29,191 nucleotides of DNA from a virus (taxonomy: Duplodnaviria; Caudoviricetes), in the IMG/VR virus record IMGVR_UViG_3300020248_000007, positions 1 to 29,191 of that record; one strand, given 5' to 3'. Below are positions 1 to 10,343 of the stretch, in pieces. How positions within the stretch are numbered: position 1 is the first letter of the stretch; the number at the start of each line of letters is the position of its first letter. The notes under the pieces were generated by a model that ran no database searches, had not been told where the DNA came from, and saw nothing but the letters and a program-made list of their open reading frames with translations. The position numbers and the translations under genes are program-made.

Positions 1-209
1 ATATCTTTGGCTTTTTGTAAGTACTGGTTTGCTTGAAAGGATAAACCTTTATGTAATGAATGGCTAAGTGCACTAGATACTGTAGTATTTTCGTCTAGTG
101 CAGCTTGCAGAATAGCAGTTTTAGTGAAGTCAGTTTTATAGGTTTCGTCAATAACAGTCGATGAAACAACGTCTACCGTGACTTTGTATCGAGTACTGAA
201 TATGCCCAT
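1..209 (-). CDS. N4 gp53-like virion structural protein (5' part only, runs off window)
   Basis: ATG at 209, just after the gp54-like stop, reads MGIFSTRYKVTVDVVSSTVIDE... open to the window edge. The MG(I/L)FS start and the position match N4-like gp53. Not in the ORF track because it is truncated. Confidence 0.65.
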   Translation of the reverse strand, partial: MGIFSTRYKVTVDVVSSTVIDETYKTDFTKTAILQAALDENTTVSSALSHSLHKGLSFQANQYLQKAKD

Positions 210-211
210 AT

Positions 212-1249
212 TTAGATATCATCATAGATATTAGCAGCAGGCACCAATGCATCATCAGTACCACGCATAACACTGAATACATTAGCTTTAAGATTACGTA
301 ACTTAACATCATAGTCATTAGTGAAACCAGTAATTTGGGCATCGTACAATGCTTTTTTCTTACCGATAACACCAACTACAGCATTACCGTCTACAGTATC
401 CAAGTACTGAGCTTCTTCAGCAAATTTACGAACAGAAAGTAGCGCAACTTCCCCATCTATTTTAGTTTGCTGTTTAAGTTGTGTGGCGTTATCAGTAACA
501 GCATTAGTCAGTTGTTGTCCTAGCAATGCAGTCTGTGCATCAAGCTGTGAGCCTTGTTTAGGTATGTTTAGTATATCAGCATCAACTTTAGCTTTTTGGC
601 TGATTACAAGGTCTTTCTGAGCTGTAATACTATCTCGTTCAAGTAGTGCGTTAGCTTCTTGTTGTACAATCAAGTTCTTCTGAGCAGTGATACGAGTATT
701 CTCAGTAGACATCTGAGTAACTTGAGCTTTCTTAACAAGAATGTCTTCAGACAGTACATCCACTTCTTTATCAATACGTAACCCTTCCTTACCTAAGTTA
801 GTATTTCGAGTGGTGTTAAGTGTTGTTTCACTATCAATATTAAGACGTTGAGAATCCAAAATGGAAATTTCTTTATCCATCTTAGTTTTGGCTGTAGTCA
901 GGTTAATTAACTCTTGAGCTAAAATGGCAATTTCAGAATCACCTTTAGTTTTCTGAGTATTAGTTAATTGAATTTGAGCAGTTACTAAATTCTCTTCAAC
1001 CCCTGTCTTACTTACTTGTGCAGCCAATAACTCAGCTTGTTTATCGGATTGTTGTTTATTTAGTATGAATTGAAATGCTTGCTGTAATGTAGCTTGATAG
1101 CCATTAATAAAAGCACTGGAATAGTCTGACTGAGCAATATTACCTTTGTTGAATTCTCCTTGGATTATAGACTCATACTTACGCAGTATGATATCTAAAA
1201 TGCCAGTGTTATCTTCATTGGTTACATCAGTAATATTGATCTCAGCCAT
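212..1249 (-). CDS. N4 gp54-like virion structural protein (coiled-coil rich)
   Basis: 345 aa with AGGA SD. N-terminal G(I)LD.I...Y...I..EF..G.I...DY motif, then long heptad-rich segments. Two genes downstream of the major capsid, as in N4. Confidence 0.7.
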   Translation of the reverse strand: MAEINITDVTNEDNTGILDIILRKYESIIQGEFNKGNIAQSDYSSAFINGYQATLQQAFQFILNKQQSDKQAELLAAQVSKTGVEENLVTAQIQLTNTQKTKGDSEIAILAQELINLTTAKTKMDKEISILDSQRLNIDSETTLNTTRNTNLGKEGLRIDKEVDVLSEDILVKKAQVTQMSTENTRITAQKNLIVQQEANALLERDSITAQKDLVISQKAKVDADILNIPKQGSQLDAQTALLGQQLTNAVTDNATQLKQQTKIDGEVALLSVRKFAEEAQYLDTVDGNAVVGVIGKKKALYDAQITGFTNDYDVKLRNLKANVFSVMRGTDDALVPAANIYDDI

Positions 1250-1269
1250 GAGTATTCCTTAGCTTTTAC

Positions 1270-1872
1270 TTAACCGTCAATGCTGCCACGAGCAGCTTGG
1301 TCTGCTGCCAATTCTTTTAATTCTTTCTCAGTTAGTGGAGGAAGAACTTCAATAGCAAATGAAGGTACTTGACGACCTTTCTTAACTTTACGTGGACCGA
1401 ACGCTGTTTGTACTGTTTCTTCTTCAAACATTTGGAAACGTTTAGCACGCATAACATCAAGAATAACTTGCTCTACGTGGGTAGGTTTACCGTCAAATTG
1501 TACACAACGACCAACAATACCAATAGCTTTGTTACTTACTTTAAACAGATCACTCTTACGCTTTTTAAACGCAGGGTCCATACAAGTAATACGTACTCGG
1601 ATAAGTTTAGTCGCTTCACGTTTAACTTGTTCGTACAATTCAGCTTTAGTTAGTGGTTTTTCATCAGTAGATGTTTCTTCTTCAGTTTCATCTACATCTG
1701 CAGTTGTTACATTATTCTGCATACCCGATAGTTCTTCTTGCTCTTTATAATAAGCATCTAGCAGTTGCTGCAGTTTTGATTCACCCGCTTGGGGTGCATA
1801 AGTAATTCCGTACTCGTCACACTTCTCTTTAAGTGCTTCAATTCGTTTTTGCTTTTCAGTTAATTCAGCCAT
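1270..1872 (-). CDS. N4 gp55-like conserved protein
   Basis: 200 aa with KLIRVRITCMDP and FAIEVLPPLTEKELKELAADQAARG motifs typical of N4 gp55 homologues; directly downstream of the capsid gene. Confidence 0.8.
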   Translation of the reverse strand: MAELTEKQKRIEALKEKCDEYGITYAPQAGESKLQQLLDAYYKEQEELSGMQNNVTTADVDETEEETSTDEKPLTKAELYEQVKREATKLIRVRITCMDPAFKKRKSDLFKVSNKAIGIVGRCVQFDGKPTHVEQVILDVMRAKRFQMFEEETVQTAFGPRKVKKGRQVPSFAIEVLPPLTEKELKELAADQAARGSIDG

Positions 1873-1903
1873 TTGATTTCCTTGGTGGGGTGGAACCCTA
1901 TTA

Positions 1904-1934
1904 CAAAGTAAAGGCTACCCCCGAAGAGGTAGCC
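1904..1934 (-). terminator. Rho-independent terminator after major capsid gene
   Basis: Minus strand GGCTACCTC-TTCG-GGGGTAGCC followed by TTTACTTTG; cUUCGg tetraloop, 7 nt after the capsid stop. Confidence 0.85.
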
Positions 1935-1941
1935 AATTCAA

Positions 1942-3120
1942 TTACATACGAGCAACAGTCTTGATTAGACCAATACGTTCTGCACGCAGGATTAATGTAC
2001 CGTACCACCATGTGATAGACATAAACCCTGTTTTACCATACGGGTCAGTACGGTCTGCAGTTTCTTCACCGGGTGGCTTATGGATAATGCGATATTTGGT
2101 ATTTTTACCAGACATTGCAAAACCAATGGTAGTAAATGAACCATCACCAACAACAAGCATTGGGAAGATATCGTACTTACCATTTGAAGCGTGGAAGCCC
2201 GGGTTAGAACTAACGTTTGCACCTGCACCTGCCCAATGAAGCATTTTAGGTACTGAGATAAGACGGAATGCACCAATTGAACCAATTTCATCAGTAGCAA
2301 TTGTTGCTGCATCAGCGTACTTCTCAACTGAAACAAACGCAGCTTCACCGAAGTAGTTAGTAATCTGTTCAACAGTAGGTTCAAGTTCAGAACCAATGAA
2401 CATATAACGTGCTGAACGAATAGTACGGGTATCCGTCATAGATGAACCAACAACCATAGTGGTTTTCTTAGGTGTTTGGTTATCATTCAAGATAATGTTT
2501 AGACGTACAAAATCGTCATAATCTACAAGTGAAGCAGTACCTTCACCAGTGATAGTTGCATCACTAGTTGCAATACCCGCATAACGAACTACACCAGCAG
2601 CGTTAAGCAAGTCAACTTGCAATACATCTTCATATACTTCAGTTGCACCACGTAGCATTTCACGGTTAACGTGCATCATCAGTTGTGCATCAGTATCAAA
2701 GTCAACTGAGTCTTTAGTGTACTCATCGAAGAAACCAAATTCTTCCATTGAACCTTCCAGTTCAAGACGAGTAAAGCCAACTCGGTTAACACGTCCACCG
2801 TTCTCACCAATAGTAGGTAGAGCAGCAGTAATAGCACCAATGTCTTTAGCGCCACCGTACAAGTTACCATCAGCAATTACAGCACCAGCTGCGTTAATAC
2901 CTTGGTCATTTACGTTACGCTCATCCAGTAAAGGAACATACAAATACTTTTTGATGTTCTTACCATAATGCTTAGGCTGCATGGTTACATCAGCCATTGG
3001 CATAAAGTGCTGATTAGGTAGCGTTTCAATTAGTGCCTTACGTGCATAATGAAACTCGTTAAACTGAGTACCAATCTGGGAATCGGTACCGCCATAGGGG
3101 TCTTTATATTCGCGTGACAT
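1942..3120 (-). CDS. Major capsid protein (N4 gp56 family)
   Basis: 392 aa. Motifs PKHYGK.IK.Y.YVPLLD.RNVNDQGI.A.G, GNLYG..KDIG, ENGGRVNRVGFTR and DPYG.TGF.SI.W.YG.LILR.ER are hallmarks of the N4-gp56 capsid family. Confidence 0.96.
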   Translation of the reverse strand: MSREYKDPYGGTDSQIGTQFNEFHYARKALIETLPNQHFMPMADVTMQPKHYGKNIKKYLYVPLLDERNVNDQGINAAGAVIADGNLYGGAKDIGAITAALPTIGENGGRVNRVGFTRLELEGSMEEFGFFDEYTKDSVDFDTDAQLMMHVNREMLRGATEVYEDVLQVDLLNAAGVVRYAGIATSDATITGEGTASLVDYDDFVRLNIILNDNQTPKKTTMVVGSSMTDTRTIRSARYMFIGSELEPTVEQITNYFGEAAFVSVEKYADAATIATDEIGSIGAFRLISVPKMLHWAGAGANVSSNPGFHASNGKYDIFPMLVVGDGSFTTIGFAMSGKNTKYRIIHKPPGEETADRTDPYGKTGFMSITWWYGTLILRAERIGLIKTVARM

Positions 3121-3148
3121 ATTATGTCTTCCTTAAAAATAAATGGGT

Positions 3149-4291
3149 TTAACCTAACATCTTGTCCATGTACGCATCGAATTCAGCATCTGATAAATTA
3201 TCTAGAGCAGATGAAGTGAGTTCCTTTTTGCCTTTAGCTTTAGGTTTACTCGCACTTTGCTTAGATGATGCTGTTACTTTACGTTTTCGTTCAGGGTCAG
3301 GCTTTCGCTTAGTGACTTTAGGTTTAATAACATCTTTTGGTTCCTCTGGATTGCCAAATAGTTCTAAGCCAATATCATGATAAGCTTGTAAGTCTGAAAC
3401 TCCTTTCTGAAGTCCAATAGCCTTTCTTCGTTGAAGTTCATTGCTAATAGTCTCAAATACCGAAGTGCCATTATCTGTTTTGGTTCCGATATGTTGTGCA
3501 ACTACTTCAAGTAGTTCAGGCTTTTGTGCAAAAGCTTGTACACTCTGCACATCCCACTTATTAATAACGGAAGAATCTAATGTGCGATAAGTCGATGGTG
3601 AAGCATCTTTAATATCTTCTAGTACATCTTCTATAGCTTGTAGTTCTTCGTTAACATTGTAAGTATTTGGTTTATAATCGTCAGTATCACTTGATAATGT
3701 TAAAGGGTCAACTCCTAAATTATTTAGTAAAGCTGAAATTGCTTTAGCATCACCTTTTGATACATCAATTAATTGATTAATTTTATCTTGGTCTAATAAA
3801 TCGTTATCTTCAAGTACTCGAACTAAATTAAGTCTGGGTTTTAAGATACCCATCTTTTTATTATAGTTCGCACCCATCTGCATTAAGCGACGAGCTTCAC
3901 TAACGTTTTTAACAGACATATCCATACCGTTAGCTCGGAATGGACTTAATAATTCTTCAATCTGAGATTTATAATCGGATTCGTCAGGATCTTTATCTTC
4001 ATCCTCAGAATCTGTTTCGTCTGATTCTTCCGTATCTTCTACTTCATCATCTTCAGAAGTTTCTTCCTCTGAATCGTCTTCATCAGTATCAGAATGTTCT
4101 TCAGAAGACTCTTCTTCTTCAACATTATCATCAGATTCTTCATTAAAATCTTCTGAAGTAACTTCTGTACTATCATCTGCACTTTCTTCGGATTCAGAGG
4201 AAGCATCAGCTTCCCCCTCACCAGAGTAAAGTGCTTGATCAAATAAACGGTCGAATTCTTCGTCGCTTGCAGTATCAAGTTCTCTACCCAT
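3149..4291 (-). CDS. N4 gp57-like protein (often labelled tape measure; likely scaffold)
   Basis: 380 aa with a very acidic N-terminal ~105 aa, conserved PFRANG...LMQMGANY.KKM core and LSD.EF C-terminus; immediately upstream of the capsid gene. Confidence 0.85.
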   Translation of the reverse strand: MGRELDTASDEEFDRLFDQALYSGEGEADASSESEESADDSTEVTSEDFNEESDDNVEEEESSEEHSDTDEDDSEEETSEDDEVEDTEESDETDSEDEDKDPDESDYKSQIEELLSPFRANGMDMSVKNVSEARRLMQMGANYNKKMGILKPRLNLVRVLEDNDLLDQDKINQLIDVSKGDAKAISALLNNLGVDPLTLSSDTDDYKPNTYNVNEELQAIEDVLEDIKDASPSTYRTLDSSVINKWDVQSVQAFAQKPELLEVVAQHIGTKTDNGTSVFETISNELQRRKAIGLQKGVSDLQAYHDIGLELFGNPEEPKDVIKPKVTKRKPDPERKRKVTASSKQSASKPKAKGKKELTSSALDNLSDAEFDAYMDKMLG

Positions 4292-4295
4292 AGTC

Positions 4296-4685
4296 TTATT
4301 CCTCAGTTGTATCGTCTTCAGAGTCTACTACTTCACGGTGCGCTAACTGATCTGCAGCTGCATGCCCCATGTTATGAATAATTCGACAATAATGTGCAAA
4401 TTGAGAAATACCCATTAACTGGTTATCTAAACTTTCACGAGACAGCATACGTTGACTATTTTGTCCGTTATTACTGTTGTTTTGTACTGACAAAGCCAAT
4501 AGTGAAGTAATTCGTTGAGGTTCTTCTTTAAGGTACCGTTCTAAGAATAACTCTTTAAAGATAGGGTTATCTTCAAGTTCTTTTAAACGGTCAGAGCGTT
4601 CGACATCTGCTTTTAGTTGTCGTGTCTCTTCTTCGAACTGTTCTTGAGTGACTGTGATAGTACCGTTGTGTTGTTGCATTATCAT
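4296..4685 (-). CDS. N4 gp58-like protein
   Basis: 129 aa helical protein with L..NP.FKELF.E.YL.EE..R motif, between portal and gp57. Confidence 0.7.
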   Translation of the reverse strand: MIMQQHNGTITVTQEQFEEETRQLKADVERSDRLKELEDNPIFKELFLERYLKEEPQRITSLLALSVQNNSNNGQNSQRMLSRESLDNQLMGISQFAHYCRIIHNMGHAAADQLAHREVVDSEDDTTEE

Positions 4686-4688
4686 TCC

Positions 4689-6824
4689 TTAAGCTTTATC
4701 AGCGTTGGTAGTGGATAAGTTATGTTTAAGTATTTCGAGTTCTTTATTTCCTTCAGACTGAGATCTAATCTCATCTTTACGTCTTTCAGATTTAACACCC
4801 GATTCAGTTTCAATTAAATCTAAATCCTTCAGATTAGCTGAAGAATTTTTGTCTTTAGCTGAAGCTTGATTTAACATCGCTTTAGTTCTAATTTCAAGGT
4901 TTTCTGCACGTAAGTTTTCAATTTCTAGTTTTAATTTCTCTAAAGTTAGTTCATCAGCAGGATTTGGTTGAGGTCTGTAATTGCGATAATACTCAGCCAA
5001 ATCTGGCATTTTCTGTAAATCAGCAAGTTTAGCCAATAATGGCATACGCTCTTCCCAAGATGCATTTGGACCTAAAGTTTGCAATAAAAATGAAATCTGA
5101 TTTGCTTTTTTCTGGTCTTCTTCAGTTGTTGAATGGAATAAAATAATATCCACTTCACCCTGAAGTTCATCTAATTCAATTGTTTCAAACTGACTATCTG
5201 TAATTCGAATTTCTTCAACTGGACTAAGAAATTCTTTATTCATTGCTATAATTTTATAGCCTATTTTTCTAATTCCGCTAACCAAACGAATTAGAATATC
5301 TGAATCTCGTAATGCACTTGCAGATACAGCTTGGTTAATTCCCCCTACACTGTTACCTAATGCGTTTCCTGAAACACCTTCGTTACCGTATGTTTTTGTC
5401 CCGGTAAAGCTCTCTGCGTCATTATTTTGATATTCGAGTAGTGTTAGTGCGGATGCAGGAATATCGCGCATCTGTGTTTCATAGAACGCTTGGTCCATTC
5501 GCATATTAGGATTAAATTGGAAATGTAACCCTTCTTCGTAGCGTTTGTAGTTGTATGCGTCTAACCAACCTTTAGCAGTTCCTCGTTGTCCTGCAGCCAC
5601 TGAACCAACAGTATCAAGAATACCCCGGGTAAGTGCACCAGAAAGTTTTTGATTATCTTCTAACAACTCACCGTCAGGTTCACCGTATACACTGTTTTTA
5701 ATTGGTGTATGCGTTATAACAACAAAAGGAAATTCACCATCTGGATACACATCATCATCCATACGGATAACTGTGTCACCTACATAAGTAACAACATACG
5801 TAGTTAAAATTCCGTCACCATGAATATCACGTAAACCCCAGTACTCATGTACCATAATTCGTTTACGTTCTCGGTCATTAAAGTCAAAATTTTGATTAGG
5901 GATACCACGATCATTGGATACGTGATCAATACCTTTAATTGTATTGTCTTCAACTTTTACATTATCGAGATTTTCATAAATACCCAATTCTCTAAGGTCT
6001 GCAATACTGCTTTCGAATCTGTGCTCAACAAATTTAGCTTTGGTGTAATCTTCTTTGCATGACGGGTCAAATGTAACATCTTGAATATTACATACTTCAA
6101 CAGTAGGTTGGTTTTTAACAACTATTTCTTTTTCTACTGTTTCAATACCCGCAGATACTGGAATGTACATAGTATCAGACGTTAAAGACATCTGAAGTGC
6201 TGTTAAAAAGTGCTCATTACCTTTTTGCCCAAATACACTAGGGTCACTCTCATATTGGGCAATAATAGCTTGTGCTACTTGTTGTTCTTCTTCTGAAACT
6301 GCAGGAACATAATCAAACTGTTCTTCTTCAACCTCAATAACACGTTTTTTCTCTTCCCACCCAACTTTAATAATAACAGTACCTTCAGCTTCGTTAGTCC
6401 GTACAATCTTATTGATGATACGTTCTTTATCCAAAAGGTAATTAAATTGGTAGTTAAGTATCAGACCATTTTTACGTGCTGATTCCACATCTGCGTGTGT
6501 TCTAGGTGCTGTTTGATATAAGTTAGGGTTACTAAGAAAGGGAGCAGATAACGCAGCACAGCGCCACTCAAACTGTTTACGGATTAACTTAGGAACAAAG
6601 TTGGATTTTCCTTTAACCTTTTTAGGTTTTGCAGAACCCTTAACGTATAAATTATCAATCCAACGTTTTACTGTTTCTAAGTGGTTATCCAAAGATTCTG
6701 CAGCGTCAGAAACATCATCAAGTATTGATTGTAATGATGGAGCCTTTTTCCAGTCTTTCAAATCAATGGGCTTTTGTAATTTATCTTCATTAACGTCCAT
6801 CATTACCTCGATACTTTTATTCAC
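4689..6824 (-). CDS. Portal protein (N4 gp59 family)
   Basis: 711 aa. Motifs PKLIRKQ.EWR..ALS.PFL, LNYQFN, EYWG..DI.GDG, YGEPDGELLEDNQK..GA.TRG and FLLQTLGPN, plus N4 synteny. Confidence 0.95.
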   Translation of the reverse strand: MNKSIEVMMDVNEDKLQKPIDLKDWKKAPSLQSILDDVSDAAESLDNHLETVKRWIDNLYVKGSAKPKKVKGKSNFVPKLIRKQFEWRCAALSAPFLSNPNLYQTAPRTHADVESARKNGLILNYQFNYLLDKERIINKIVRTNEAEGTVIIKVGWEEKKRVIEVEEEQFDYVPAVSEEEQQVAQAIIAQYESDPSVFGQKGNEHFLTALQMSLTSDTMYIPVSAGIETVEKEIVVKNQPTVEVCNIQDVTFDPSCKEDYTKAKFVEHRFESSIADLRELGIYENLDNVKVEDNTIKGIDHVSNDRGIPNQNFDFNDRERKRIMVHEYWGLRDIHGDGILTTYVVTYVGDTVIRMDDDVYPDGEFPFVVITHTPIKNSVYGEPDGELLEDNQKLSGALTRGILDTVGSVAAGQRGTAKGWLDAYNYKRYEEGLHFQFNPNMRMDQAFYETQMRDIPASALTLLEYQNNDAESFTGTKTYGNEGVSGNALGNSVGGINQAVSASALRDSDILIRLVSGIRKIGYKIIAMNKEFLSPVEEIRITDSQFETIELDELQGEVDIILFHSTTEEDQKKANQISFLLQTLGPNASWEERMPLLAKLADLQKMPDLAEYYRNYRPQPNPADELTLEKLKLEIENLRAENLEIRTKAMLNQASAKDKNSSANLKDLDLIETESGVKSERRKDEIRSQSEGNKELEILKHNLSTTNADKA

Positions 6825-7065
6825 TAATAGATGCTGTAGCGTCTACTGTTAATTCTACTTGAAAATAATCCCCAGCAAAATCGTAATAAAGTACTTTTAA
6901 TTCTGCTGGTGTCGATGCTGAGTCAAATCGTTTAACTTCAACATAAGTACCATCAGAACTAATATTTTTCAAAATAACTTCACCTGAATTTGGTTCAGCT
7001 TTAAATAAGCATTGTTTTCTGGTGCCTTTACCACCAAATATTTGTTGGTCTGTTAACACTTGCAT
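6817..7065 (-). CDS. Hypothetical small beta-rich protein
   Basis: 82 aa, AGGAG SD, stop overlaps the portal start. Confidence 0.65.
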   Translation of the reverse strand: MQVLTDQQIFGGKGTRKQCLFKAEPNSGEVILKNISSDGTYVEVKRFDSASTPAELKVLYYDFAGDYFQVELTVDATASISE

Positions 7066-7066
7066 T

Positions 7067-7423
7067 TTACTCTCCTGTTTCAGGCTCTGGATATCTAGAT
7101 TCTTTTAAGTACTTACCTTGGGCTACACTTAATACAATAGCTCTACCACTAAATCCTTGGTTTATTAATTCATCTGCCATAGCATCAAATTCAGCATAAG
7201 TAATATCTGTTTCATTGTACTTATCTTCTGCACTTTCAACCAGTAATTTAGATGAAAGGTCTACTACTTCGCAAGTCAATGCGGTAACTTCTTCTTGTTC
7301 TGCTGGGAACAAGTAAAAAGGTTCATATTTTGCAGCACAAGGGAACTTTTCAATATACCGGTCACGATCTGTTGTATCGATCTCTTCGGCCAATGCAACA
7401 GCCCAAATTAAATATACTTTCAT
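7067..7423 (-). CDS. Hypothetical acidic protein
   Basis: 118 aa, ATGA overlap with the upstream gene, GGAG SD. Confidence 0.7.
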   Translation of the reverse strand: MKVYLIWAVALAEEIDTTDRDRYIEKFPCAAKYEPFYLFPAEQEEVTALTCEVVDLSSKLLVESAEDKYNETDITYAEFDAMADELINQGFSGRAIVLSVAQGKYLKESRYPEPETGE

Positions 7424-10341
7424 GATTTTAGCTCCAATATTTTACGCAGAGAGGGTCTAGATATTGTGGCATTTACAACACCACCAGCACGTTTAAACTG
7501 TTGCCGCACATGTTCATTAAGATCAATGATTGCTGTGTATAAACCCGGCTCAGTAATTATATAGGGTGGGTTAGCAGATGTTATACTAAGACCAGCACCT
7601 GCACCTGATACTGCTAAGACACCAACTGTTAAAAACATATGCTGCGGTTGCTCAGAAGTAGTTACAAAAGTTAATTCTTCGGCACTACCATCCCCAGTTA
7701 ACGTCCAAGTGTCTGTTTGAGCATCAAATACCCAAGCGTCTCTAGCAAGTGACGGAGTTTTCCACACACTTTCTGTTATAAGTTCAGGACCAAGATACTT
7801 ACCTTCTTTCCAGTATTTGAAGTGCTGAGAATCACTTAACAAAAAATTGTCTGCCCTAGCGCAAGGTTTACCATCCTCAATTTTCCATACTTTTATGTTA
7901 CTAAATTTAATATGTGCAATACCACCTGAGTCAGCAACTTTAAATCTAATTCTACCTATGTTGTGTAGTTTTTCACGGAACTTAAATCTATCACCTTCAG
8001 TAAAAGCAGAGAAACCTCGACCAGACCATGAATCAGTCCAAAATTGCACCATACCACTACCTGTGAATACCTCTACATCAAACTCTAGTATGTATTCATT
8101 AACGTCTGTGATGTTTGCAAGGTTCCACCCAAATTGACCAGTTGTGTTGCTGTTTCGCCAAATTTCAACACTATCTTTTCCAACTTGCATTTCAACATCA
8201 GAGCTTTCATTAGTGACATAACCAACAACTGATAAATCATAATTTAGCGGAGTTAATTCCGATAATGTATTTAACACTAAATTGGCACGGTCTTCTTGGT
8301 AATTCCCATTGATAGGCATATTGACGATACTTTCACCATCAACATCTATTTCCAAATCAGCGATATAGCCAGCAAAATGAGTTATTGAGGATGTCATAGC
8401 GCCAATATTTTTAACAACAATATCAGTATCAATATCGTTGAAAGTGACACTATCTACAATATTATCCACTATGAAAGTAAAATCAGAGCCGTTTGCACAG
8501 GACAGCTCAACAGTATGCATTACGTTTGGCTCAATTGCCCCTACATTAGCATGAGGCCAAGCCCGTGAAGCTAATGAATTTGCAGAACGAGGTAATACTG
8601 CGCGTATCCTACCTCCATCACCATCAGTATCAATTCGAATGCCAAACATTGATTGTGCACCACTGTCCCCATTACCTACAATTGTTCTTAATGAGTTCAG
8701 ATTATCTACACTAAATTTTACTTTAATTTTCCAATTTAACCCTAGCGGTACAGCAGAATCAAAAACCATGGTAGTTTGGGCTATATTGTCAAAAAATGTA
8801 AACTTACGTGATTTAGGTAGAATTGGCTGATTTAATATTTCTTTTACACTGACATTATCAACAGCACCATCCCAACTATTTGTTCCACTCAGTAGTAGCT
8901 TATCAGTAAAATCACTAACAAACTCATACTTATGTTTCATATTTAATCCAGAGTTTGTAGCAGTATCTACACGTTGCCCACCTTGACTGACATACGCTAT
9001 TAGGCTACCTACAGTACGTTGATCAGTTGTATACTCTAGCTCGTATCTACTTCCTTTATTGAACAAGTTAAAGTACTGGATACCATCATTAACACTGTCA
9101 CCGTCTCTTTTGGCTTTTCCGTTAATGACAGACCACCCGTTTGCAAATACCCAGTTTGTGCTTCCGTCACTAAAACTACCATTTTGTACTAAGTTATCTG
9201 TAGTCCATTTATTACTGTTAGTCTTAAATATTGTGTAGTCAGATTCTATGAAATTATACGCTGCTGCAACATTGTATGATAAAGGTCTAATATTGAATTT
9301 TTTAATTCTAAGGTTCTTGCCAATATCATCAGGGTTTGTGTTACTTGTAATTACTACGCTGAGTGAGTGCCCATCTGCGTCACACTCAAACACATATCTC
9401 AATGTCCCATTTGAACCTGCTTTAGTAGTCACTACTGGGCCTGAGTCACGGTGAGAATAGACGTACCCACCAATATTTTGCAGGCTCCACTGCTCAGTCA
9501 TGTCATACTCGACATCAACAAGGTAAACCCCTTTACTAAATGTATTCTGCTTCCTGATGAGCCAAGATGAGTTTGCATTAACTCGATAAACATTGATTTC
9601 ACCGTCTACTGAAGTTAACTGAGTTGAACCACCAGAAGTTATATAAGTAGATACTTTTTCAGGTCCGTATGGTGCATCCAAACTTTCAAATAAATTTGGT
9701 TCTTGTTTGTAGGTACTTAAAGGGTATACATCATATTTAGGCTTATTAATTGGGTCATTAATCCATAACTCACCATTTTCTTTATGGCCATTAATCCAGA
9801 CCTTGAAGTCCCATATGTACCCTTTTAGATGACTAAATGTTTCATTTCCTACAGCATTATTTAAACAGCCTACTATTGCTCGGAATTCTGTTCCGATAAC
9901 TCTACTCATATCATTATGCGTACTGGTGTACGCTATGACATCGTCTACTCGAACTTCAATAGACCCATCCACACTTAACTTAAAGTTAGCTTTGTGTGCT
10001 TGATTATCTGCTAAGTTAGCTAAACCTTGCCCGGGAGTAACCCCATCAGATTGCATTTTAATTTGGTAGTCTGTTCCAGCGTCATTTAGTTTTCCAGATA
10101 AATATTGAGTCTGATCTTCACTGTATAATGCAAAAAAACCATTCCCAGACCCAACTTCAGTAATATAAAAGTTAAATTCAACTTCAAAATTACCATCGCA
10201 CACAAATGGAGTATCATAGTTGATATAAGTTTTCGATACCGAATCAAACAGAGGTAATGCTCGCTGCATTACTACATTACTTTCGTGTATGTTATTATAT
10301 AGTTTGCTGTATAGACTTTTAGTTATAAGGTTTAATTGCAT
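7420..10341 (-). CDS. Large carbohydrate-binding virion/adsorption protein (LamG/ConA-like and CBM-like domains)
   Basis: 973 aa beta-rich. Two LamG-like units ending HLKGYIWDFKV and HFAGYIADLEI, and a CBM-like NLVQNGSFSDGSTNW...GW...DNVSVKE domain. Confidence 0.65.
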   Translation of the reverse strand: MQLNLITKSLYSKLYNNIHESNVVMQRALPLFDSVSKTYINYDTPFVCDGNFEVEFNFYITEVGSGNGFFALYSEDQTQYLSGKLNDAGTDYQIKMQSDGVTPGQGLANLADNQAHKANFKLSVDGSIEVRVDDVIAYTSTHNDMSRVIGTEFRAIVGCLNNAVGNETFSHLKGYIWDFKVWINGHKENGELWINDPINKPKYDVYPLSTYKQEPNLFESLDAPYGPEKVSTYITSGGSTQLTSVDGEINVYRVNANSSWLIRKQNTFSKGVYLVDVEYDMTEQWSLQNIGGYVYSHRDSGPVVTTKAGSNGTLRYVFECDADGHSLSVVITSNTNPDDIGKNLRIKKFNIRPLSYNVAAAYNFIESDYTIFKTNSNKWTTDNLVQNGSFSDGSTNWVFANGWSVINGKAKRDGDSVNDGIQYFNLFNKGSRYELEYTTDQRTVGSLIAYVSQGGQRVDTATNSGLNMKHKYEFVSDFTDKLLLSGTNSWDGAVDNVSVKEILNQPILPKSRKFTFFDNIAQTTMVFDSAVPLGLNWKIKVKFSVDNLNSLRTIVGNGDSGAQSMFGIRIDTDGDGGRIRAVLPRSANSLASRAWPHANVGAIEPNVMHTVELSCANGSDFTFIVDNIVDSVTFNDIDTDIVVKNIGAMTSSITHFAGYIADLEIDVDGESIVNMPINGNYQEDRANLVLNTLSELTPLNYDLSVVGYVTNESSDVEMQVGKDSVEIWRNSNTTGQFGWNLANITDVNEYILEFDVEVFTGSGMVQFWTDSWSGRGFSAFTEGDRFKFREKLHNIGRIRFKVADSGGIAHIKFSNIKVWKIEDGKPCARADNFLLSDSQHFKYWKEGKYLGPELITESVWKTPSLARDAWVFDAQTDTWTLTGDGSAEELTFVTTSEQPQHMFLTVGVLAVSGAGAGLSITSANPPYIITEPGLYTAIIDLNEHVRQQFKRAGGVVNATISRPSLRKILELKS

Positions 10342-10343
10342 TT

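Noticed and set aside
3980-4250. TCTTC/TCATC-rich quasi-repeats
   Set aside because: Explained by the Asp/Glu/Ser-rich N-terminus normal for N4 gp57-like proteins.
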